Below are positions 46,676 through 58,034 of a stretch of DNA of 58,034 nucleotides, piece after piece; position 1 is the stretch's first letter; every line of letters begins with the position of its first letter. Position numbers and translations under genes: made by a program. The stretch is from Eledone cirrhosa (lineage: Eukaryota). The stretch is taken from contig CAXHJY010000587.1 in assembly GCA_964016885.1 (NCBI GenBank), positions 1-58,034 on the forward strand, given 5' to 3'. The notes beneath the pieces are model-generated. The model was not told the origin of the DNA. It saw only the letters and a program-made list of their open reading frames with translations, and searched no databases.

Positions 46676-47094
46676 AATTGGTGTTGGATGCTTAAAGCGT
46701 CCGTATGCAGTAGCCCTTTGAGCACTCAATGCTCTCATAGAGCAGAGTATGATATCACAAAAAAAGAGAATCAGTGTTGCGACGAATGGAATTTATTGGA
46801 CATATTACAATCGTTTCTCTGGCGACCAGCTCGAGGCACGATCGATGCGATGATCGAACCTGACTGTGAAAATCGCAAATTCCTCAGATAAGTCTTGATT
46901 CTATGAAGCAGATTAAATAAAAAAATATTAAAAAAATGTGCTTCGTAGAATCAAGATGTATCTTAGGACCTTGCGATTTTGGGAGTCAGGTTCGATCATC
47001 ACTTCGATCGTGCCTCGAGCTGGTCGCCAGAGAAACGATTGAAATATGTCCAATAAATTCCATTCGTCGCAACACTGATTCTCTTTCTTTTGTG

Positions 47095-47096
<2 letters not shown>
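46676..47096. mobile_element. Penelope-like module, family H: hairpin 46754-47096
   Basis: About 160-bp diverged arms; minus-strand CUGAGGA 46881-46887, GAAA 46814-46817, GUA 46806-46808. Confidence 0.75.
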
Positions 47097-47124
<28 letters not shown>

Positions 47125-47132
<8 letters not shown>

Positions 47133-47403
47133 AATAACAGGAGGCTGGACGGGTGTAAATGCTTGAACGGTTTATTATACTATGATCATTTCAATGACCG
47201 GGTTCAGTATGAATCCGGAGACATCATCAGGTATCCATGTCCAGCCTCTTGTTATTTTATAATAATTAACTCCATACTCGCACCACCAACTACACAAACG
47301 AAGACGGGTGAGTTGCATTACGTCGAGTGCCCACCCTAATATTACATCGAGGTTGACCATATGGAATGACCAGTTCTATCCAGTGGTGAACTAACAAACC
47401 TAA

Positions 47404-47408
<5 letters not shown>
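47125..47408. mobile_element. Penelope-like module with 26-bp inverted repeat and hammerhead 47177-47234 (-)
   Basis: AUAC-CUGAUGA..CCGGAUUC/GAACCCGG..GAAA-UGAUCAU-A-GUAU; homolog at 40966-41065 (+). Confidence 0.75.
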
Positions 47409-47434
<26 letters not shown>

Positions 47435-47682
47435 AGTATATACACACAAAAAAAAGGAAAAAAAAATATTTTTCTTCCTGATAATCGTCTCTCTGTTTTC
47501 ATATATATATATATGTATATGAAAACAGGGAGAAAGAGACGATTATGAGGAAGAAAAATGTTTTTTTCCTATTTTTGGTGTGTATATACTTATATATATA
47601 TATATATATAAGTATATACACACAAAAAAAAATGAAAAAAATATATTTTTCTTCCTCATAATCGTCTCTTTCTCCCCGTGTT

Positions 47683-47717
<35 letters not shown>

Positions 47718-47723
47718 TACGTA

Positions 47724-47799
<76 letters not shown>

Positions 47800-47805
<6 letters not shown>

Positions 47806-48460
47806 TGTGGCTTGACAGAATCATTAGAACGACAGATAAGATGCTTAGCAACATTTAAATTAAGCGCTTTACTTTCTATGTTCAAATTTTGCCGAGGTCA
47901 ACTCTGCCTTTCACTTCACCCCATTACGGGGTTAATAATATAGAATACCAGTTAACAGCTGGGGTTGTTTATAATCGACTATATACTCTTCTCATTTTGT
48001 GCCTGTATTGTTATTATTATTTAGGGCGGTGAAGGGCAGTGGATTGGCAGTATCGGTAGAGAGTCGGACACCATGATTTGCAGCATAGAGTTACGGCCCT
48101 TTATGATCTGAGTTCAAATCCTGCCGAGGTTAACTTTGCCTTTCATCCTTATGGGGTCGATAAAATAAAGTAACAGTCACGCACTGGGGTCGATTTAATC
48201 GACTTTCCCAAAATTGCTGGCCTTGTGCCTACATAAGAATCCATTATTTAGGTTGGTGGATTGGACCAGGGCGGTGAATTGGCAGTATCGGTAGACAGTT
48301 TGTCGCCATGCCTTTCAGCAAAGAGTTACGGCCCTTTACGATCAGAGTTCAAATCCCGCGGAGGTTAACTTTGCCTTTCATCCTTGCGGGGTCGATAAAA
48401 TAAAATACCAGTAATGTACTGGGATAATTGCTGGCCTGGCGCCAAGAGTAGAAGCAATTA
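47800..48460 (+). mobile_element. SINE family 1 cluster (one old diverged copy and two young copies)
   Basis: Copies at about 47800-48000, 48022-48245 and 48268-48460. Confidence 0.85.
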
Positions 48461-48685
48461 TTTAGCTTGTTTAATATTCTACAGAGATGGTAGAATAATG
48501 GCTGACGATTTAGATGAACGAAGCGCGGGGGGGTGGAGTAAAAGAAGAAGAAGAAGAAAAAGAAGAAGAAAAAGAAAAAGAAAAAGAAGAAGAAGAAAAA
48601 GAAGAAGAAAAAGAAAAAAGAAAAAGAAGAAGAAAAAGATGATCATAATCAAGAAAATAATGTAGTAGCAGTTGTGGTGGTGGCT

Positions 48686-48716
<31 letters not shown>

Positions 48717-48975
48717 CGAAATGAGATGAACAATAACAATAACAACATTATAAAACAACCTGAAACATTAAATGTCATAACACCAACAATAATAACAGCA
48801 ACAACAACAATACAATAACAGCATTATAATGGTTGTTTCTAACGAAGTAAATAAAACTAGCATTGAAAACTAGATTCTACGTAAACCAGGAACATTATAT
48901 ATATATAATACATATATATATATATAATACATATATATATAATACATATATATATAATATATATATATATAATAC

Positions 48976-49008
<33 letters not shown>

Positions 49009-49476
49009 TACATATTATATAATATATGTATTATATATATATATATATATATTATATATTATATAATATATATATATATGTTATATATATATGTATTATA
49101 TATATTATATATATATATAATATAATATATGTATTATATATATATATTATATAATATATGTATTATATATATATATTATATAATATATGTATTATATATA
49201 TATATTATATAATGTATGTATTATATATATAGATATATTATATATATATGTATTATATATATATATATATTATATAATGTATGTATTATATATATAGATA
49301 TATTATATATATATGTATTATATATATATATATTATATATATATGTATTATATATATATGTATTATATATATATGTATTATATATATATATATGTTATAT
49401 ATATATTATATATATATATATATTATATATATATATATATTTATATATATTATATATATTATATATATATATATAT

Positions 49477-49510
<34 letters not shown>

Positions 49511-49537
49511 ATATATATTTATATATATTATATATAT

Positions 49538-49592
<55 letters not shown>

Positions 49593-49611
49593 ATTATATA
49601 TATATATATTA

Positions 49612-49678
<67 letters not shown>

Positions 49679-49897
49679 ATTATATATATATATAATATAT
49701 ATATATAATATATATATATATTATATATATATAGAGATATATATTGATATATATACTTGTATATATATACATATATATATATATACTTGTGTATATATAT
49801 ATACATATATATACATACATATATATATATATATACTTGTGTATATATACATATATATATATATACTTGTGTATATATATATATATATATATATACT

Positions 49898-49950
<53 letters not shown>

Positions 49951-50015
49951 GTGTATATATATATATATATATATATAATTGTGTATATATATATATATAT
50001 ACATACATATATAGT

Positions 50016-50083
<68 letters not shown>

Positions 50084-50131
50084 TATAGTTGTGTGTATAT
50101 ATATATATATATATATATACATATATATAGT

Positions 50132-50201
<70 letters not shown>

Positions 50202-50219
50202 TATACTTGTATTTATAGT

Positions 50220-50545
50220 AACAACAACGTGAAAAACAAAACCTAAACCAAAGTAATTTCAGGCACAAAAACTGCTTCAAATAGACCGAGAATGGCTTTA
50301 AATACAGGAATGTTATTAAAATGTAAACATAGATAAATTGTTTGAAGTTGGAAACTGGGATAAACACTATACCCACAAAAGTAAGCATAAACATCAAACG
50401 TATAGGAATATATAGAAGATTTAGAAACTTTAGAAAAAAAAAATTAATTATTATAATAGATGGAAGTATAACCGTTTGGTAAAGATGTGTAGACGTTTGC
50501 AATATAACCATGTGATTCCTTGTTCAAATCTATTAATATACGACC
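50220..50545 (+). pseudogene. Possible decayed Penelope linker/GIY-YIG C-terminal fragment
   Basis: [14 protein letters not shown] and [26 protein letters not shown]...NLL loosely resemble the PLE motif YIWKLK..NI.Y.I.W...Y....K.C.LC. Confidence 0.35.
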
Positions 50546-50670
50546 CCTTTCCTGGAGGGATTTTTTGTTGTATATATTGGGTCGAAAAGATATCAGTTTA
50601 TTCAATACACATACTCACGCACACTCTCTCTCTCTCTCTCTCTCTCTCGCTCTGTCTCTCTCTCTCTCTT

Positions 50671-50707
<37 letters not shown>

Positions 50708-50950
50708 TTTTATTTATTAAAATAACAGATTTAAGCAAAGAATAACAGATTTAAGCAAAGAATCGCTGCTTTCACCCTTAACGGGATCTTCTGAAACTAA
50801 CAAAGTCAATCTGTAAACGCAGTACTGGATATTTCAAAAGACGTTGCAACCGGAGGAAGACAGGAAGACGATACTTTGGTTCTTATATATTTGATATATA
50901 TTTTCCTTATCGAGCCATCTTTGGGTTTTAGTCTTCAATTTTATTATTAT

Positions 50951-50997
<47 letters not shown>

Positions 50998-51009
50998 GGG
51001 GGGGGGGGG

Positions 51010-51205
51010 TAATTCCGTAGGAGAAGCAAAGGAAAAAAGGGTGCTCTATGTATAGAACAGAGCTATTTAATTAGAAATTGAACAACTTATCCATAACATC
51101 TCTGTCTGATGACCGATCAAGACGTATATTAATATTGACTGGGATCCAGAAACCTTTGGTACTGGAGTAGTCATATTTTATGTTGTTCACTTTCTAATTA
51201 AATAT
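51010..51205. mobile_element. Family D-related module with inverted repeat and hammerhead 51100-51167 (+)
   Basis: CUGAUGA 51106-51112, GAAA 51149-51152, ACC/GGU, GUA 51159-51161; inverted repeat TATTTAATTAGAAATTGAACAAC/GTTGTTCACTTTCTAATTAAATA. Confidence 0.65.
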
Positions 51206-51263
51206 AGATATATAATATTATAAAAAGGAATAATAGATACAATATACCTATTATTTACTTTAG

Positions 51264-51354
51264 TCCCGACTGTACAGTTTCGCTGGTCACTATGCAAAAA
51301 TGTTATATCATAGATATGTAACATTGTTGTGAGGTAAGCCAGCTTATCAAGAGA
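51264..51354 (-). ncRNA. Hammerhead motif, U3-A8 covariant core
   Basis: UCUC-UUGAUAA-GCUGG..CCAGC-GAAA-CUGUACAGU-C-GGGA. Confidence 0.75.
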
Positions 51355-51649
51355 GCACCTCAGGGAAGAGCCCTAACTACATACGTCCGTAGCATGCGAG
51401 AAAATCTCAGAAAGGCGGAGGGAGACTCTATCACGTGATACACCGGTCAAGAAAGGGCATTAATCTCGTGTAGCAGTGAAAATATCTCAGAAGGTTGAGG
51501 GGGATATTGATATGATACATAGGCTACAGAAGGGTGGTAAGGTTGACTAGAAGTGTATATAGTGTTTGCTTGAAAGCAGTCACTATACTTCCGTGGTTAC
51601 TCTACCGTGAGGGAGTTAGAGACAATTGTATATATATTTATATATATAA

Positions 51650-51802
51650 AATATAGAAATGGCTTCTCCAGGGCTAGAACACTTTCATTCGGGAGAAATC
51701 ATCAGTCCTGTAGAAGCCATTTCAATATTAAATATTTATACTCTGCTATATATTGAGTACCTTACTTACTGTGGTTACACCCGATTGAACCCGGGATAAA
51801 CT

Positions 51803-51803
<1 letters not shown>
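51650..51803. mobile_element. Family B module with minus-strand hammerhead core
   Basis: CUGAUGA (51699-51705, -), UUC/GAA stem II, GAAA (51683-51686, -); plus-strand tail 51706-51803. Confidence 0.7.
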
Positions 51804-51836
<33 letters not shown>

Positions 51837-52020
51837 TATTTTGAGAATTTGGTTGTGAGTCAACTATAATTAAAATTGAGTGCTGCAGCATATTGCGGAT
51901 AGCGGTTTTTAGACACCCCAGACCAATGAAACATTTGTTAATACTTGGAATAAACCCTACTGTACAGCCGATCCATGCTATTCTTCACTCCTTTATTATA
52001 TATATATATTTATATATATA

Positions 52021-52133
<113 letters not shown>

Positions 52134-52494
52134 GAAGCTAAGCGCCGAAACATCCGAAATCCGTAGTAAACAGCTGACGAAGGAAAACTTTTCTTCTCTT
52201 GTTTGTGTCCCGATTACCTTCTAACAGTTCGTTTTCAGTAACCACACAGCCTCGCCTCCTAACCCGTATATATATATATATACGTGGATTACCGATGTAT
52301 TTCAGGGAGTAACCAGAGTTCAAAACAAGTACTCAATACATTAGTATAGGCATATTCCTTTTATTATAGAAATAATTTCTACAGGAGTCATTTCTATATA
52401 CAATATATATATATACTTCTCATCTACAGAAGTATTGAGTACCTTATTTTACTGCGACCTTTTTGAAAAATTGAATCCTTAATGTTATATATAA

Positions 52495-52695
52495 TTCGTT
52501 TTTGAATTTGTTTTGCGAGATTTCCTATAAAAACCTTGTCACTGAGAAGGTTACAGAATGTGTGACGAAAGAGCTTTGACAATATATGAACAACCTTCAG
52601 GTTATCGAACCAACCAAACAACCAACCGGAAATTTATAATAAATTGAAGTGCATGTGTTTTATTGACAGCATGACCCTCCCAAAATATAACAGTA
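52495..52695 (+). mobile_element. Family F module with degenerate hammerhead 52536-52582
   Basis: UUGUCA-CUGAGAA-G-GUUAC..GUGAC-GAAA-GAGCUU-UGACAA; an inverted tail piece lies at 52495-52525. Confidence 0.65.
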
Positions 52696-52840
52696 TATAT
52701 ATATGAAATAAGTGAAGTTGTATATCTGGTGACATATGGTATGTTTATAAATAAACATTTTGAAAACCATCAGCTACTGATTTGAGAACTGATAGCGTAG
52801 CCCCATCTACTCTGTTCCAACAGAAGCTAGGTACAGGCAA

Positions 52841-52889
52841 CTAGTGATGATGACGTCATCATTTCTAACTTTGGTCCTTATCAAACTGG
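52841..52889 (-). ncRNA. Hammerhead motif, U3-A8 covariant core with 16-nt palindromic stem III (family K)
   Basis: CCAGU-UUGAUAA-G-GAC-CAAA-GUU-A-GAAA-UGAUGACGUCAUCAU-C-ACUAG. Confidence 0.7.
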
Positions 52890-52930
52890 TACTACCGACC
52901 GCTTACGGCTGGAACATAATATAAGCTAGA

Positions 52931-53253
52931 ACATGCAGCGACACTTTTTCCAGCCGCAACCTAGTGCAGTCTGCGACTAACCCAGGTTCTGCTGCGCGTC
53001 GGGCTGAGGAGGCCAAACTCTCAAACTCTCCAAGTACCGGTCGCTTTCCGACAGGTTCGCGGTCGTGCCCTTGGCAGTGGAGACTTCTGGTGTCCTTGGC
53101 CCTAGGTCTACCTCCCTATTCACCACCATAGGCGCTGAGGTAGCCAGCCGCAGTTGTGAGCATCGCGAGTTGGAATGGCTCTTTCAACGCATCTCCCTTA
53201 CCATCCTCCGGGGAATCACCTTCTCCATCCTGTTCGCCGGAATTTGCATATAG
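52931..53253 (+). pseudogene. CRE-like non-LTR retrotransposon restriction-like endonuclease domain fragment
   Basis: TCSDTF...AARRAEEAKLSKYRSL...PLAVETSGVLG...WLFQRISLTILRG; the frame is broken by an 8-bp duplication CAAACTCT (53014-53029). Confidence 0.75.
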
Positions 53254-53255
53254 AG

Positions 53256-53657
53256 TAACGGCTGGCTCAGCTGGGGGATAACATAAGGGGCAGTAACTCT
53301 AACGAAGCTTTGTATATGAAAAACGTGAAGTTGTACATCTGGCGATATACGGTTTGTTTATAAATAAATATTTTGAAAGCTTTCAGATCTAGACTTGAAA
53401 ACTGATCAGTCCATGTAATAGGATGCTAAATTATAAGTTCTAGCTCATAAGTTCCAACAGTAAGCGGTCGGCAGTACCAGTTTAATAAGGACCAAAGTCA
53501 AAAAAGATGTCATCACCACTAGTTGCCCGTATTTAGCTTCAGTTTTTATATTCATGGCTGAAGGCTTTCAAAATGTTTATTTATATACATACCGTATATC
53601 ATAAGATATACAACTTCACGTATTTCAAAAGAAGCTATGTTAGAGTTACTACCGTTA
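53256..53657. mobile_element. Family K inverted pair
   Basis: 53290-53386 is inverted against 53559-53652; 53437-53541 is the reverse complement of 52823-52932. Confidence 0.7.
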
Positions 53658-54002
53658 TATATATATATATGTGTGTGTGTAAGTGTGTGTGTGTGTGTGT
53701 GTGTGCATGTGTGCGTGTGTATGTATGTGTGAACGTGTGTTTCCGTGTCTGCGCGCGTGCGTGCGTGCGTGTGTGCGCGTTGTTGCGTGTATGCGTGCGT
53801 GAGTGTGTATGTGAGTGTGTGTATTTTTATGTGTGTGCGAGTGCGTGTGAGTGTGTGTGTATGTACGTGGGTGTGTGTGCGTGTAAAAGGTAAACAGACA
53901 TAACAAAAATAATAACAGAAGAAATGGCAGAGTATATGGAAGAAATATATTAGTTTAACGTTTCGGACATTAGCGCATCATCAAAACACGATGCCTTCAC
54001 AG

Positions 54003-54071
<69 letters not shown>

Positions 54072-54312
54072 GTGTAGCTAGGGTAAACAGCGCCCAGTGC
54101 AAGCATCAAAATTGGGATTCTGTCATTTAGTAATTTATTTTTGGATTTTAAGATGCTCTGAGGAAACAGTGGTAACAGCATTTGATAATTGAGTTTTGCA
54201 AATAGTTACAAATTTGCACATAGCATAACTAGGCTGTATAACCACCGTGGAAACATTTGTAATCACACGGATTAAATTACCTTTTTATGATGTCTACCTG
54301 TTATTATTCATT

Positions 54313-54357
<45 letters not shown>

Positions 54358-55773
54358 GGAAAAATTTGAACAGGAACAAAACAGAGAGGCAGTACAACGA
54401 ATGTTTATTAATTTCACGCTATATATATATAGTAGCTATATATATATAGTAGCCCTAATTAAAATGACCCAGTCTTGTCACATGGTGTCATGCTACTTCG
54501 GCATCTGCACTGAGATTTACGTTAAAGTGTACATGTTAGTGCAAGAAACAACACGCAACAGCCATTTCCTTACACGTTTATTTACACACGAGTTGTTCAT
54601 CTGATGGAACAGCCACAACCGAATGCTGGAGGCGAAAACTGATAGAGAACTAACCGACCAATCAAACACTACAGCAACAAAACACAAGCGAGGAAAAAAA
54701 CTTGTGAGGGAAAATTTCGAAAACACAAAGATAGATTCACAGCAATGGTGTTAAATTCTAATATAACATGAATAAACATAAAATCTTGGAAATTCTCAAC
54801 AGTTATATTTATTTATAGATGTCAAAATCTAATAAACGTTGAGATAAATCACAGAACTGGGATAAATAATATGTTTAATTCATTCGCTGATTACAACTTT
54901 GGCTTCTAGTGTTCTTTTTATTTGCGCCATTATTCCGAGATGTTAGCGACACCACGCGGTATTTATGTGAACGTTTCTCTCTTACTCCCATAACGCCTGA
55001 TTGAGTCGTAGGCAGTTCTGGATTTACCGTTCTGCTAAGATGTGCTTAAGCACAGGGCCTTGTTGGCCAGAGGGTAAATCCCATCTTCCTACACCCAAAA
55101 AAGAGGCCTCATAATTTAACTAGCACATGGCCTCATTTGTCTTAAATCCAGCACGTTTTACCGGTGTGCTTATGTGTGCCCAGATGGTCAGAGGATAGGT
55201 CCCCTCTTCCTGCCCCCAAAAGGTTTTTACCTCCTTCAGGCCCCGAGTAGGCGGTATCATAGCTTAACTGACACAGGGCCATATTTGTCCTGAATCCAAC
55301 ACTGGTCATAGGGGCGCCCTACTGACTGATATACAACGTTTCTTGGGCATCTTTTCAACCCTGGCGGAGAGCACACCCTTCCCTCCAATTTTGAACATTT
55401 CAGATGTCTTACAGAGAAGGATAGAATGTGAGAGCAAGGAAGCAACAGAGAGGTACAGAGGAAGGATCTACCCCAGTACATTTGTAGAGACCAGGAATGG
55501 ATGAAAGGCAAATTGTCCTGGGCGGGTTTCGAAATCATAGTGGACAAAACCGGAACGAATAACGAAAGCCTTATATCTGGCGTACTACCGACCCTTATGT
55601 AAACGTACAGAATTAAAAAGGAAAGAGCCTTGTTATACACTACTACTACTACTACTACTACTACTACGTTATTACACAAATCCGTTTGTATATAAATATG
55701 TATATATATATATATAAAAATACATATATATATATTTATATATATATATACACACACACACACACATATATAT

Positions 55774-55829
<56 letters not shown>

Positions 55830-55830
<1 letters not shown>

Positions 55831-55959
55831 TAAGTGATTCTGGGTTGAATCGGATGTAACCACAGTAAGTAAGGTACTCAATACATAGCAGAGTAAAAAG
55901 TTTTAATATAGATGAGATTCTACAGGACTAGAATTGTTTCATTCTTTAGAAATCATTAG

Positions 55960-55960
<1 letters not shown>
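55830..55960 (-). mobile_element. Family B module, single arm
   Basis: The minus strand reads CUAAUGA-UUUC..GAAU-GAAA-CAAUUC-UA-GUCCUGUAG followed by the family tail. Confidence 0.7.
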
Positions 55961-56013
<53 letters not shown>

Positions 56014-56026
56014 GCATACATATATA

Positions 56027-56154
<128 letters not shown>

Positions 56155-56240
56155 TATATATATATATATGCATATATATATGCATATATATATACATATA
56201 TATATATATATGCATATATATATATGCATATATATATATA

Positions 56241-56276
<36 letters not shown>

Positions 56277-56412
56277 TACATATACATATATATGCATACA
56301 TATAGATATATCTGCATAAATATATATATATATATGCATACATATATATATATATATGCATACATGTATATATATATATGCATACATGTATATATATGCA
56401 TACATATATATG

Positions 56413-56501
<89 letters not shown>

Positions 56502-56648
56502 TAAGAGTGGGAAATGAAATTTCGTTTCATTTTTCCGTTTAACGTTTTCGGTGCACCCGGCCGATTAACCCAATCGATATGCAAATTGGGCTACTCACTT
56601 GTTAATAGGCATCAGGTATATACGTTCAACAATCTGCCAGGAAGGTAT

Positions 56649-56691
56649 ACGTTGCTGACGAAAGCTAATAAGCTTGAAACTAGTACAGCGT
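56649..56691 (+). ncRNA. Canonical minimal type I hammerhead (family I module, about 56503-56812)
   Basis: ACGUUG-CUGACGA-AAGCU-AAUA-AGCUU-GAAA-CUAGU-A-CAGCGU with palindromic ACUAGU stem III. Confidence 0.85.
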
Positions 56692-56814
56692 TCCATTGTC
56701 AGCGTTGAACAAACGAGCAACGATGGTGGCTGGACACTACGGCTTAATACGGGATGTTTGTTTACAAACACACCGAGGATTATAATAAATTTTCGGTGAA
56801 TCCATACGTACTAA

Positions 56815-56957
56815 TATATATGTGTGCATGTATGTATATATATATACATACTACTGTACGTCTGTATACATATATGTATGTACGTGTACATACTTATATT
56901 TATATATATATATACATATATATATATGCATACATATATATACACATATATATATAT

Positions 56958-57029
<72 letters not shown>

Positions 57030-57055
57030 GCATACATATATATATATATATGCAT

Positions 57056-57091
<36 letters not shown>

Positions 57092-57283
57092 GTATATATA
57101 TATACATATATATATATATAAGCATACATATGTATATATACATATATATTTATATACATATATATATATATATGCATACATATGTATATATATATACATA
57201 TATATATATATATAAGCATACATATGTATATATATATACATATATATATGTATATATGCATACGTATGTATATATATATACAT

Positions 57284-57320
<37 letters not shown>

Positions 57321-57445
57321 TGCATACATATATATATATGCATACATATATATATATATATATATATATGAATACATATGTATATATATATACATATATA
57401 TATATACATATATATATATATGCATACATATGTATATATATATAC

Positions 57446-57476
<31 letters not shown>

Positions 57477-57514
57477 CATATATATATATATGCATACATA
57501 TATATATATATATG

Positions 57515-57550
<36 letters not shown>

Positions 57551-57554
57551 TACA

Positions 57555-57589
<35 letters not shown>

Positions 57590-57698
57590 GCATACATATG
57601 TATATATATATACATATATATATATATATGCATACATTAATATATATACATATATATATATATATAAATATATATATATATACATATATATACACACG

Positions 57699-57750
<52 letters not shown>

Positions 57751-57874
57751 TATATATACATATATATATACATATATATATATAAATATATATACATATA
57801 TATATACATATATATATATATATAAATATATATACATATATATATATATACATATACATATATATATATTCATA

Positions 57875-57906
<32 letters not shown>

Positions 57907-58034
57907 CATATATATATATATATGCATACATATATATATATATGCATACATATATATATATGCATACATATATATATATATATATGCATACATATATATA
58001 TATATATATGCATACATATATATATATGCATACA
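56815..58034. repeat. (AT)n/(ATGCATAC) compound microsatellite
   Basis: Directly visible. Confidence 0.95.

Noticed and set aside
54595-54652. CTGATGG...GGCGAAAACTGATA possible hammerhead
   Set aside because: Core mismatch, poor stems I and III, and no second copy to support it.
55257-55793. 178-aa minus-strand ORF
   Set aside because: It starts in microsatellite, crosses a decayed SINE and has no recognisable domain.

Overview
Very AT-rich, microsatellite-saturated animal DNA; the repeat spectrum suggests an octopus-like cephalopod, which is inference only. Almost all supplied ORFs are translations of (AT)n, (GT)n, (TAG)n or (GAT)n tracts and are not genes. The only host-gene candidate is a short minus-strand exon at 39239-39272. 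Most non-repetitive islands are mobile DNA: about 15 copies of one tRNA-derived SINE (often in tandem), a second composite SINE, three bipartite RTE-derived elements, two non-autonomous Helitrons, Tx1/L1-like and CRE-like LINE 3' ends, a hAT-like MITE and decayed Penelope-type RT/endonuclease fragments. The main unexplained structure is a swarm of at least ten families of 100-750 bp non-coding modules lodged in (AT)n tracts. By eye they carry about 25-30 type I hammerhead-ribozyme motifs (CUGANGA/stem II/GAAA/palindromic stem III/NUH). They are repeatedly arranged as head-to-head inverted pairs, forming DNA hairpins with arms up to about 290 bp, and several junctions fall on ribozyme stems or cleavage sites. 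These look like Penelope-derived, retrozyme-like non-autonomous elements, and they include U3-A8 covariant cores and recurrent U4C/U4A cores. All alignments and folds were done by eye.
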